IMG/VR virus record: IMGVR_UViG_3300045012_000053
Coordinates: 1-64,000 of that record
Length of the DNA stretch: 64,000 nucleotides
Source of the DNA: a virus
Direction: 5' to 3' (one strand)
In this document: positions 44,376 to 53,606 of the stretch, one piece after another
Numbering within the stretch: the first letter of the stretch is position 1
How the letters are laid out: each line of letters starts with the position of its first letter
The notes under the pieces: model-generated
Told to the model about the DNA's origin: nothing
Databases searched by the model: none
Seen by the model: only the letters and a program-made list of their open reading frames with translations
Position numbers and translations under genes: made by a program

Positions 44376-46487
44376 ATGGCGGACATCGACGTAGCAGTAG
44401 CCAACTTGGAACAGGTGCCAGCAGCTGAGATCACGACGGACAATACCTACGTGGACTCGGAGACTGGGACGATTCAGTTCAATGATACTGCGGCTATCAA
44501 ACTTGTGCTCGACAGCGCGGAGATAGCGGACAATTTCATCAACATTAATCAGTGGGCCAGCGGTTGGACAATGTCCGACTTGCTATACCAGTCGCCGATG
44601 TCTACCAGCGACGGAGGCTCCGGCAGCACAGACGTAGCGAACTCGGCGGTGCCGAAGTTCATGGTCTCGAACCACATCAGTTCGATTGTTCCGAAGATCA
44701 TGGGCGGCATCTTCTACGAAGACCCGTGCTTCCTGCTTCGTCCGGCCCCGAACACAGATCAGGACGTGATCGCCGCGAAGACCGCGCTGTTCACGTTTCA
44801 GCTCAAGGCTATGCGCTTTGAGGAACAGATCGAACTTGGGCTGGAGCAGATGGCGCTGCTTGGCACTGCTATCTGGAAGTGGGGCTACACCGAGTACGAA
44901 AAGACCGAGAAGAAGTACAAGCGCTATGCGCCCAAGGTTAATGTGCCGGATGGTCTAGAGACCGCGCCGATTGACACGCCGGACTCCGACGACTTCGAGA
45001 TCGAGTTCTACAAGAAGACAGTCTCTCACCCGTGGTTGAAGTTCTGCGACATCCGTACAGTCCTAGTGGACCCGGGATGCCGCGTGGGCGACATCCGTAC
45101 AGCCAAGTGGGTTGTGTGGCGCGACTACGCTACTTACGATGATTTGGAAAAGCTTCGCGGGATGGAAGGTTACGAGATTCCTAGCGAGGCAATTCTTCGC
45201 TCGATGTTTGCGAAGGCCACTTCTCCGGGACCTGACAACATTACGATGACCATCCCGGAAGGGATGATGGGTTATTTGCAGCACTCGAAGCCGAGAAGCT
45301 ACAAGACTTCGGCGGACCCAAACAAGGCTCCGCTGGAAGTGTTGGAGTATTGGGACAACGACAAGGTTATCGTTGTGCTCATCTACAACGGCCACAACAT
45401 TTTGATTCGCAACGAAGCCAATCCGTTTGGAAAGATTCCTTTCTACTCGGCAAACTGGCGCAACATTCCTGACTCGTTCTACGGGCAGGGACTGGGCTTG
45501 CTAATCGGTAGCGAGCAGATCGTAGAGCAGGGTGTAACCAACCTCGCGCTCGACCTGCTGGCGTACTGCTTGCAGCCTGTCGCGCTTCGTAAGAAGGGCT
45601 TCAATGCACCGACACAGAACACGCGATGGGAGCAGGGCGGCATCATCGACGTCGAAGAGGACGTTGACAAGGCCTTCAAGTTCCTGCAAATGCCTCCTGT
45701 GCCTGCGGAAGCGTTCAGCTTCATCCAGCAGTCACAGAGCGCGGGCGCATCCACGTCGGGCGCGAACGAGCAGGTGGTGCAGGGCGCGGGACACGCGGGT
45801 ATCAGCACGACGGGTATGAGAAGCGGCACGGGCGCGGCGGCTGTTATTCAAGCCAACGCATCTCGTCTCGACGGTCCTACCGGACGTTTCGTGCGCCAAG
45901 TTTTCGAACCGTGGCTCTTTCAGATGGATGATCTCGACAACGACCTGTTGCCGACTAGCGTCATCAAGGATATCCTCGGCGAGAAGATGGGCAACGACTT
46001 CAAGGTCGACCACATCGAAATGCGTAACGCGAAGGTCGAATATGAAGTGCTCGCGGGCAGCAGCCTAGGTGCCAAGAAAGAAATGGCACAGGCTCTTCCG
46101 ATCATGATTCAGTTGTTGAACAACCCGACGTTCACTGCAAACGCGAACGACGCCGGATATCAGTTCGACGCGGTCGCCATCTTCCAAGCGTTCGTGGACG
46201 CGGCTGGTTGGAAGTTCAGCCAGAAGTTCTTACGCGAGATGACACCGGACGAGAAGAAGAAGCACGACGCGAACAGCCCAGCGGCTATCGCGGCGGCGCA
46301 GCAGGCATCAGCGCAGAAGATGCAGCAGGACAAGTTCCAACAGGAACAGGTTCTGGAAAACCAGAAGCAGCTCGGCAAGGCGGGTAACGAAGCCTTCCGC
46401 TCTTCTATCGAAAAGTCAACCGCCCCGCCGTTGCTGGGCACAGGCCCGGACCAGACACAAGGGTTCGGCGCAACAGACTCTCTATAA
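44376..46487 (+). CDS. Portal protein
   Basis: 703 aa after terminase; GTAIWKWGY, NPFGKIPF, SFYGQG; Gln-rich C-terminus. Confidence 0.85.
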   Translation: MADIDVAVANLEQVPAAEITTDNTYVDSETGTIQFNDTAAIKLVLDSAEIADNFININQWASGWTMSDLLYQSPMSTSDGGSGSTDVANSAVPKFMVSNHISSIVPKIMGGIFYEDPCFLLRPAPNTDQDVIAAKTALFTFQLKAMRFEEQIELGLEQMALLGTAIWKWGYTEYEKTEKKYKRYAPKVNVPDGLETAPIDTPDSDDFEIEFYKKTVSHPWLKFCDIRTVLVDPGCRVGDIRTAKWVVWRDYATYDDLEKLRGMEGYEIPSEAILRSMFAKATSPGPDNITMTIPEGMMGYLQHSKPRSYKTSADPNKAPLEVLEYWDNDKVIVVLIYNGHNILIRNEANPFGKIPFYSANWRNIPDSFYGQGLGLLIGSEQIVEQGVTNLALDLLAYCLQPVALRKKGFNAPTQNTRWEQGGIIDVEEDVDKAFKFLQMPPVPAEAFSFIQQSQSAGASTSGANEQVVQGAGHAGISTTGMRSGTGAAAVIQANASRLDGPTGRFVRQVFEPWLFQMDDLDNDLLPTSVIKDILGEKMGNDFKVDHIEMRNAKVEYEVLAGSSLGAKKEMAQALPIMIQLLNNPTFTANANDAGYQFDAVAIFQAFVDAAGWKFSQKFLREMTPDEKKKHDANSPAAIAAAQQASAQKMQQDKFQQEQVLENQKQLGKAGNEAFRSSIEKSTAPPLLGTGPDQTQGFGATDSL

Positions 46488-46529
46488 TCCGGATGGGGCC
46501 GCAAGGCCCCGTACCGACAGGATGGACCA

Positions 46530-46895
46530 ATGTCAGAGGAACGTAAAGTGTTGGGGGAAACCCTGACGTTTGAAGAGCGCTTGTCGCTCGCACAACTCGT
46601 GAATCAGCCGGGATGGAAGATTCTTGTTCGCTTGATGGCAGAGTCATGCCGCCGCGCGACTGAGGAAGTCATGAAGCTGAACCCGAGTGCGGAGCGTTAT
46701 CCAGAACTGCTGGTAGGAATGCAGACCACGGCTCGCGCGATGCACAAGTTCTCCGCTGAGGTGCTTGACTCCGTCAAGTTGCACCAGCGCACAGCAGTAT
46801 CGGAAGCACAGCAGAGAGAAAATCCTCAGCCCGTTTTAGAGGGCGTGAAGAACCGTTTTCGTCTGCCCATAAATCCCCCCGAGGGGAAGCAGTAA
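46530..46895 (+). CDS. Small head-morphogenesis protein
   Basis: LVNQPGWKIL helix, between portal and scaffold. Confidence 0.6.
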   Translation: MSEERKVLGETLTFEERLSLAQLVNQPGWKILVRLMAESCRRATEEVMKLNPSAERYPELLVGMQTTARAMHKFSAEVLDSVKLHQRTAVSEAQQRENPQPVLEGVKNRFRLPINPPEGKQ

Positions 46896-46916
46896 CAATC
46901 AAATACAGAGGACCAA

Positions 46917-48218
46917 ATGGCTATTACAAAGGAAGCAGTGCTGCTCATGGACTTGAAGTCCATCTTCGCAGCCGTGAAAGACCCCGCTACCTCGAAAGAG
47001 ATGCAGAACATTATTCGAGACCGTCAGGTTGCGTCTCGTATTTCGGAGTTGATGCTGGAAGCTCAGAACCGCGAGGCCGAAGTCGATGCGCAGATCGCGC
47101 GCGTCGTTCCTCCCACCACAGAAGAGCTGGCAGCGCAGGCCGCAGTGATGGCAGCAGAGCCAGCCGCAGTCGTGGCCCCCGCCACTCCCGTCGCGCCCGT
47201 CGTCGAACCTGTAGTTGACACAACTCTGTCGACCAAGGAAGAAGACGAGGCCTACAAAAAGGTAGGCGTAACAATCGTTCGAGACGCCAAGGGCGTCCCA
47301 ACCCGCTACATCCAAGACTACCAAGTCCGCGATGAGAAGGGGCAGGCGATTGGTCGTCCGACGCATTTGGAAGCGCGCACGCTACCCGACCTGATTTTGA
47401 AGAAGCAGGAAGCGCACGAGAGCGCGACCCGCGCTTTTCATCGCATGAAGATGCAGAACCTGACCTTCAAGCAGAGCAAAACAATTTTGACGCCGGAACA
47501 AATCTCGGAAGCAGCGAGACTAGCATTGGAGTCCAAGGACCCGGCGAAGGTCACCGAAGTTATTAGCGAGGTGATCGAGAGCCAGTATCAGCAGCGCGAG
47601 AAGGATTTGAAGGCGAAGGAGTGGCGAGAAGAAGGACGCGCCATCGCCAACGAATTCATGCGCCGCCATTTGCACGACTACAACCCGTGCGATGCCAACC
47701 AGAAAGAGCTTGGTGTTTATCTTTCTGAACATAATCTTGAGTTTACCGTGGACAACCTAGAGTTCGCACTTGCGGACCTCTTGGAACAAGGTGACAAGCT
47801 TGTCAAGGTGGAAAACACCGGGACAACGAAACATGCGGTTGAGGTCGCTAATCCGACCACACCCGCTACTGTAGCAGCCTCCGCAGCTCCGGCAATCCCG
47901 GTCGTGGACCCAGCCGCCGCAGTACCAACAGAACCAACACAGCCCGCAGCGCCTAGTCAGCCTGTGGCAGAGATAACGGTAACGACGCCTGCCGCCGCAC
48001 CCAATGTGCAACCAGCGGCCCGTCGTCCGGGAGTGAATGGGAGCCTACCTCCGGGTACGTTGAGCGCACAACGTCCGGGAGCACAAGACCCAGCACTCGC
48101 AAGGAAGGAATTCCTACAGTCAGTAAAGAAAATGGACCCGGAAACAATGAAGAAGAAGTTGAAGACGGACCCTCAATTCGTCAAGACTTTGCTATCTTAC
48201 GGGATTCGTATTCAGTAA
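46917..48218 (+). CDS. Putative scaffolding protein
   Basis: Helical with Ala/Pro linkers, directly before capsid gene. Confidence 0.65.
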   Translation: MAITKEAVLLMDLKSIFAAVKDPATSKEMQNIIRDRQVASRISELMLEAQNREAEVDAQIARVVPPTTEELAAQAAVMAAEPAAVVAPATPVAPVVEPVVDTTLSTKEEDEAYKKVGVTIVRDAKGVPTRYIQDYQVRDEKGQAIGRPTHLEARTLPDLILKKQEAHESATRAFHRMKMQNLTFKQSKTILTPEQISEAARLALESKDPAKVTEVISEVIESQYQQREKDLKAKEWREEGRAIANEFMRRHLHDYNPCDANQKELGVYLSEHNLEFTVDNLEFALADLLEQGDKLVKVENTGTTKHAVEVANPTTPATVAASAAPAIPVVDPAAAVPTEPTQPAAPSQPVAEITVTTPAAAPNVQPAARRPGVNGSLPPGTLSAQRPGAQDPALARKEFLQSVKKMDPETMKKKLKTDPQFVKTLLSYGIRIQ

Positions 48219-48260
48219 CTGGCACCCCGCACAGCGGGAGCAAAAGACTAGAGCAACACC

Positions 48261-49286
48261 ATGAGCGGACCAAATCCCTCAGCATCAAACGTAGCAAACG
48301 TCCTGACAGCACAGGCAATCATTTTCGACAAGGAACTGATTCCGAACTTGAAGGGCAACACCAACGCATTCGTTGGCGCGGCAGAACGTCGTGTTCAGGG
48401 CCTTCACATGGGCGTGAACCGTACGTTCTTCCAGTACAACACACTTTCGGGTGACGTTGTGCAGAACTCCGATGGTACCGTGGGCAACCCGGAAACCATC
48501 ACTCAGTTGTCGTCTCCGGCACAGATCGGAGAATGGAACAACTACAGCAACTTCTCATCGTTCGCTATCGCAGCGGCGATTGACGAGCTTGTTGGCAACA
48601 GCGCAGTCGAACTTGGCTACCAAGCCGGGCAGTCGATCAGCGAGTTGTACAGCGCAGTTGCAGACAGCGCATCTGGTGTGGACGCAAACGTCAACCAGTC
48701 GTCGTTGCTTGCATCTCCGTACACCATTGACTTGGGCACCATCCGTGAATTGAAGCAGCAGCTTGTTTCAAAGAACGTATTGCCTTGCAAGCGTGGCATG
48801 TTCTTGGGCGCAATCAGCCCGAACGTGTTGGGTGACATCTACAACGCAACGACAGTGAACAACTCTATCGTTGACTTGTGGAAGTACGAAAACATGGAGA
48901 AGTTTGATGCAATGGCAGGCAGCGACCAGAACAAGGTCATTGTCCTACCGGGCACCAACATCGGCTTCATGCAGACCCCGTTCGTAACCACAACGGCCAA
49001 CTACAACGGCTCGGGTAAGATCGGATACCGCACATATGTTTTTGGCAATTATGCCATGATCGGTGTCTGGCTTCAAGTGCCGGGAGACACTGATCTTGAT
49101 GAAGGCGATTGGAAGACCATCGATTGCCGCGTCGTGACAGATGCCCCTGCATCCAGCTTTGACCCTGTCTCAACAATTGGTGGGTGGTGCAGCTATAAGT
49201 TCCACCAGACAGTTACGTTGCCACCAGCAACTGGCGCGAATACCCAGCGTATTCGCTACATTGACTCGGTTCCGGCAATTCAGTAA
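48261..49286 (+). CDS. Major capsid protein (HK97 fold, N4-gp56-like)
   Basis: 341 aa; FAIAAAIDE, AISPNVLGDI, YRTYVFG, FDP..IGGWCSYK; synteny. Confidence 0.85.
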   Translation: MSGPNPSASNVANVLTAQAIIFDKELIPNLKGNTNAFVGAAERRVQGLHMGVNRTFFQYNTLSGDVVQNSDGTVGNPETITQLSSPAQIGEWNNYSNFSSFAIAAAIDELVGNSAVELGYQAGQSISELYSAVADSASGVDANVNQSSLLASPYTIDLGTIRELKQQLVSKNVLPCKRGMFLGAISPNVLGDIYNATTVNNSIVDLWKYENMEKFDAMAGSDQNKVIVLPGTNIGFMQTPFVTTTANYNGSGKIGYRTYVFGNYAMIGVWLQVPGDTDLDEGDWKTIDCRVVTDAPASSFDPVSTIGGWCSYKFHQTVTLPPATGANTQRIRYIDSVPAIQ

Positions 49287-49294
49287 ATATTCCT

Positions 49295-49323
49295 CTTGAC
49301 ACAGGTTGCAACTTGTGTTAAGA
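49295..49323 (+). promoter_or_regulatory. Sigma70-type promoter with palindromic spacer
   Basis: TTGACA-17-TAAGAT; ACACAGGTTGCAACTTGTGT. Confidence 0.75.
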
Positions 49324-49327
49324 TGCA

Positions 49328-49380
49328 GATTGGGGGTGTGTGCCCAAACACACGCCCCTAATCAACTCTTTTGGGAGAGT
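49328..49380 (+). promoter_or_regulatory. Kissing-loop leader motif, copy 3
   Basis: Loop CCCAAA complementary to loop TTTGGG; overlaps RBS of EndoVII 49386. Confidence 0.75.
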
Positions 49381-49385
49381 ATAAA

Positions 49386-49751
49386 GTGAAAACATCGACT
49401 TTGAAAGTTCGTCAATGGCGTGAGAAAAATACAGAACGTAATCGAAACAATGGCCGTCGCTGGTTTGAGAAAAACAGGCAATATGATAGGCTACGTCGAC
49501 ACAGTCTCACACAAGAACAATACGACGCAAAGATGCAAGAGCAAGATAGTCGTTGCGCTGTCTGCTATAAAGAATTCACAGGAACGCCGCACGTTGACCA
49601 TAATCACAGATGCTGCCCAATACGAAGAAGTTGTGTCAAATGCCGACGCGGCCTTCTCTGTGAAGATTGTAATCTAGGCCTCGGCAGATTCAAAGACTCA
49701 ATAGAAGTTCTCAGCAACGCAATCGAATATCTCAAAGGATACAAACAATGA
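49386..49751 (+). CDS. Endonuclease VII-family homing endonuclease
   Basis: CAVC...HVDHNHRCC...RGLLCEDCNLGLG. Confidence 0.9.
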   Translation: MKTSTLKVRQWREKNTERNRNNGRRWFEKNRQYDRLRRHSLTQEQYDAKMQEQDSRCAVCYKEFTGTPHVDHNHRCCPIRRSCVKCRRGLLCEDCNLGLGRFKDSIEVLSNAIEYLKGYKQ

Positions 49752-50440
49752 CCATTCATCAGCCGGGCCAGCCCTTCATCAAAGGCACGGATGTCGAGAA
49801 TCCGTTCAACGAACGACACGACATAGACGCTACACATGAAGCGATTCAACAGATGCTCGCGGGCGGCACGCCGAACTGGGTGAAGTGGCCGCACGAGTAT
49901 AAGTCATACGTTAAAGAGTCATTCGCCGCCGAGAAAGAAATCTCGAACAAGATGGCAGCGGCGTACAAGTGGGACGATCAGGAGAACCTCACGAACGAGG
50001 CCGCTCGTCACATCAATCGAACCACCACAAGAGATTTTTTGAAGAAGTTAAACGATAACGGCATTAAGACGGCGATCTTCGATAACGGCTGGGTAGGACC
50101 CGGCGGCATTCCGACGGTCGGATTGTTTTGTGTTCCCCCCTCGAATCCGCGCAAGCTTCGTCCTGTTTGCTACATGGATGTGCCCGCGATGTGGGAGTGG
50201 AGCGTTCTCCTTCTAGACAGCCACGGCATCCCGAACGGGGAGAAGTCGCGCGGATGGCGCACCATAGCGATTCAGCTCGTCGAGAAAGAGATCATCACCG
50301 AACAAGAGTGCCACAAAATTTTTGGGGTACCATCACCCAATGCAGTATCCGCCAGATATTTCCGCAGTCTTTGGGAGAAGCGTAACGGCAAACGTTACAT
50401 GGATATCGAAGATCAGGAAAGTCTCGGACAATCTGCCTGA
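49748..50440 (+). CDS. Hypothetical protein
   Basis: 230-aa ORF in the late operon. Confidence 0.75.
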   Translation: MTIHQPGQPFIKGTDVENPFNERHDIDATHEAIQQMLAGGTPNWVKWPHEYKSYVKESFAAEKEISNKMAAAYKWDDQENLTNEAARHINRTTTRDFLKKLNDNGIKTAIFDNGWVGPGGIPTVGLFCVPPSNPRKLRPVCYMDVPAMWEWSVLLLDSHGIPNGEKSRGWRTIAIQLVEKEIITEQECHKIFGVPSPNAVSARYFRSLWEKRNGKRYMDIEDQESLGQSA

Positions 50441-50493
50441 CCCCGGGCTAGTACAGGGCGGTTGAAGAAGTTTGCCAACCTTGAAGGTGTAAA

Positions 50494-51072
50494 ATGACGA
50501 ACCAGAATCAGAAGCCTGCGGCCACTGAAGTTGATGTGAACGCAGTGCTAGCAGAAGCACAAAAGACCGGAAATCTTTCCGAGTCTAAGTTCATGGCACT
50601 TCTCAGCATCATGATGGCGAAGGAAGCCCGCATCGCTGAAAAGGAAGCGGCGCTTGAAGTTGCTTTGAAGGCGCGCGACGACCAGCGCAGAAAAGAGTCG
50701 GAGAATTACACGGTCAGCAAGATCGAAACCCAGAAGGCTTGCAAGCACTTGAAGGGCGGCAAGGGACGCACCCGTGGTCAGCAGCGCGACCCGGCGGTCT
50801 ACAGCCACGTCTTCACCGATGGCACCCGAGTCATCAAGTGTCAGCTGTGTGGAGCGCGTTGGCTTCCGGGCGACACCGACGAGTACTTGACACGCAATGG
50901 GAGCAAGATTCCTAACTGGACGAACATCGGTTGGGGTCGAGCACAAGAGATGTGCGAAGACAGCAGCAACAAGCCGTCGTCTTCGGAGCGTTTCGGCGGT
51001 TCACAGTTTGGTTCCAACGTCTCAGACGTTGACAAGGCCAAGACCGCAGCGATCAAGAACCTACAGATTTAA
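50494..51072 (+). CDS. Hypothetical zinc-binding protein
   Basis: CKHLKG...CQLCG. Confidence 0.75.
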   Translation: MTNQNQKPAATEVDVNAVLAEAQKTGNLSESKFMALLSIMMAKEARIAEKEAALEVALKARDDQRRKESENYTVSKIETQKACKHLKGGKGRTRGQQRDPAVYSHVFTDGTRVIKCQLCGARWLPGDTDEYLTRNGSKIPNWTNIGWGRAQEMCEDSSNKPSSSERFGGSQFGSNVSDVDKAKTAAIKNLQI

Positions 51073-51224
51073 CCTTTACCCGAGGGGCGGCGGTTCCGCC
51101 CCATTCTTTTCTCCGAGGAAAGATGACGACAGTAGCCACCACACAAACTTCTCAATCGACCTCCTTCGGCTGCATCCAAACACAATTTAAAAGCGCTCCC
51201 ACCGCTGCGCTTGAGGTATTTTAA

Positions 51225-53603
51225 ATGGCAAATAACCAACTCCTAGCTTCTGATAATTTTGCGTCCGGCTCTCTTGCGGCGGGATGGTCCGCTCTACCGG
51301 GTCTGTCTATGACGCAAGTGGTCGCGGGTTCCCCGAACGTAACAGAGCCAAATTCTGTAGGGACAGGAGCCGGACAAATATGGACAGGCATAACATGGCC
51401 TGCGGACCAAATTTCAGAAGTTACGTTGAACAATCTTAATGTGAGCGGTTCTACGGTCGGTCTTGCAGTTCGTATGAATTCTGTTGTACAATCGGGCTAC
51501 TTGGCTGTTTTTAATTTTCAAGGCGGCGCTGGCGCGGGAAGGCTTACCGTTTTTAAAGACGTTTCTGGTTCTGTAACACAGTTAGGCAGCGCAGTTACTA
51601 CACTAACTTTTGCTGCCGGGGATGTTTTAACCTTTCAGGCTGCCGGATGCGCTCTTACTGTTAATAAAAATGGCAAGAGAATTTATTATTTTTACGACAC
51701 AACCTTCACGTCTGGCGGAAGTCCCGGCTACGACCAAAATTCGGCGGGGAGCGTTACCAATTCTCAGGTGAGTTCTTGGCGCGGTTATTCTGCTGTTCAA
51801 CAAGACGGTATTTGGAATAAACAGGGCATTGTCATCGCCCCGGTCATTGCTGATTTAAATGGTGCAACCGCTGGCGTCGGCATTCAATCTTGGTCCGTGT
51901 TTCAAGATACGAACGCCCAGATACTGTCAGGAACAGTATATAAAACTTGGCTCGTTAGTGATTGGTCGAATGACGCGACATCGAGTATGTATTACGCCGA
52001 GTCTCTTGACGGAGTTAGTTGGACCCGCAGAGGAGCAGCGGTTCTTGCAAACGTCACAAACGGCTTTGTTTTTAAGAACGGCTCGACATATTACATGTAC
52101 GCTCAAACTGCGGGCGCGTCTGGCACTGGCAACATGCTGGTATATACCAGCAGTGACGGAATAAATTGGGCTTTGCAGTCTCCGTCAAGTGTCCTAGTCA
52201 AAGGTACAGCAGGAGCATGGGATTCAGGTTCTTTTTATAACATTATTTGCGTAACAATTGTCGCGGGAACTTGGTACGGGTTCTATAATGGTAACAACGG
52301 CGGGGCGTTTTCGGTTGGTTTGGCAACATCAACGGACGGAATAAACTGGACAAAGTATTCCGGCAATCCTGTTATTTCTGGGGCCGTAACTACAGGAAAT
52401 AACATCGTTAATGTTGGCGGAACGTACTATCTATGGGGTGCCGCAACCCAGCCGGGCCAAGGTGGTTCTGTGTTGGACCCATACGAGGCCGTACGTTATA
52501 AGTCTACTAATTTGACGTCTTGGTCTCTTTCGTCGCACTCCCTTCACCGTAGTCAAATATTTGAATCTCTCAACGCTGTTACTGGAGGCGTTCAGGGTTT
52601 GGCTATGCTTAATGTGGGAGGAAGTACCTATCTTTATACGAACAGTTCTCAGGGAGATGCTGTTGCCCCTCAGATTGGACAAATTGGATTAGCGATAGCG
52701 CCCGTACCTGTAAGTTCTATAGTTTTGTTTCCAGAAGACGGTGCTTCACAAGTTGCAACCGACTTGTTCACTAGTGGAGCAGGAGATTTAAGTTCAAATT
52801 GGGTGACCCCGACTGGATATACAAAATTACAATTAACTGCGGGAGCTTTAGCGGAGCCTTCGGCAGCAAATACGGCTTGCGTTATGGCGTATACCGGAGC
52901 CTCTTTTTCTACAAATCAGTATTCGGAAATTACGCTTAAATCACTTGCAACAACCAGCGATACGTTTAGTCCGAGCGTCAGAACGCAAACCGGGTCAGAA
53001 GGTCTCTACAGCTTTAATTTGGTTGGACCAATTGGGAGCGCATATGCGTTTCTTCAACTTTATAAAGTCGTTTCTGGCGTTTCAACCAGCTTCGGTCCTG
53101 TCGTACAAATAACGCCGCAAATTGGAGATGTCATTAGGCTATCTGTCATCACGGGAAGTGACGGATTTCCGATTCTTTCTATCTATCAAAATGGTTTTTT
53201 AATTCTACAGTCAGAAGACTACGGAAATTCTCTTACAACAGGTTTTCCGGGAATGGTTGCTCTTGGTGTCGCTGCCGTAACAAACGCTCAAATAAGTTTG
53301 TGGTCCGGCGGAAATACAAATGTCACACCCCCGTATCCGCCGCCCGGGTCCAACGCGTACAGCGTCCCAGATAGCAGAGTTTCGACGGCAACAACACCAA
53401 ATTCTTCCCGTAATGTTCAGGGTACCTTGATATACGACGTCCCTAAGGTCTACTCTTTGCAGTATTGGTTCGACATTCTTTTCAACCGAACACAACCCTT
53501 GCCGGAAGACTGCCGTGCAGCAGGTGCGCCAGTAGATTGCCGCATCAGTCCCAACATTCCGCAGAATTCACGAGCACCGGGCACTTACGGGCCGGGAGAA
53601 TAA
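51225..53603 (+). CDS. Virion-associated carbohydrate-active/receptor-binding protein
   Basis: Asp-box-like repeats (SLDGVSW, SSDGINW, STDGINW), KYSGNPV; two flanking lectin-like domains (DQISEVT/NQYSEIT). Confidence 0.7.
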   Translation: MANNQLLASDNFASGSLAAGWSALPGLSMTQVVAGSPNVTEPNSVGTGAGQIWTGITWPADQISEVTLNNLNVSGSTVGLAVRMNSVVQSGYLAVFNFQGGAGAGRLTVFKDVSGSVTQLGSAVTTLTFAAGDVLTFQAAGCALTVNKNGKRIYYFYDTTFTSGGSPGYDQNSAGSVTNSQVSSWRGYSAVQQDGIWNKQGIVIAPVIADLNGATAGVGIQSWSVFQDTNAQILSGTVYKTWLVSDWSNDATSSMYYAESLDGVSWTRRGAAVLANVTNGFVFKNGSTYYMYAQTAGASGTGNMLVYTSSDGINWALQSPSSVLVKGTAGAWDSGSFYNIICVTIVAGTWYGFYNGNNGGAFSVGLATSTDGINWTKYSGNPVISGAVTTGNNIVNVGGTYYLWGAATQPGQGGSVLDPYEAVRYKSTNLTSWSLSSHSLHRSQIFESLNAVTGGVQGLAMLNVGGSTYLYTNSSQGDAVAPQIGQIGLAIAPVPVSSIVLFPEDGASQVATDLFTSGAGDLSSNWVTPTGYTKLQLTAGALAEPSAANTACVMAYTGASFSTNQYSEITLKSLATTSDTFSPSVRTQTGSEGLYSFNLVGPIGSAYAFLQLYKVVSGVSTSFGPVVQITPQIGDVIRLSVITGSDGFPILSIYQNGFLILQSEDYGNSLTTGFPGMVALGVAAVTNAQISLWSGGNTNVTPPYPPPGSNAYSVPDSRVSTATTPNSSRNVQGTLIYDVPKVYSLQYWFDILFNRTQPLPEDCRAAGAPVDCRISPNIPQNSRAPGTYGPGE

Positions 53604-53606
53604 TAG

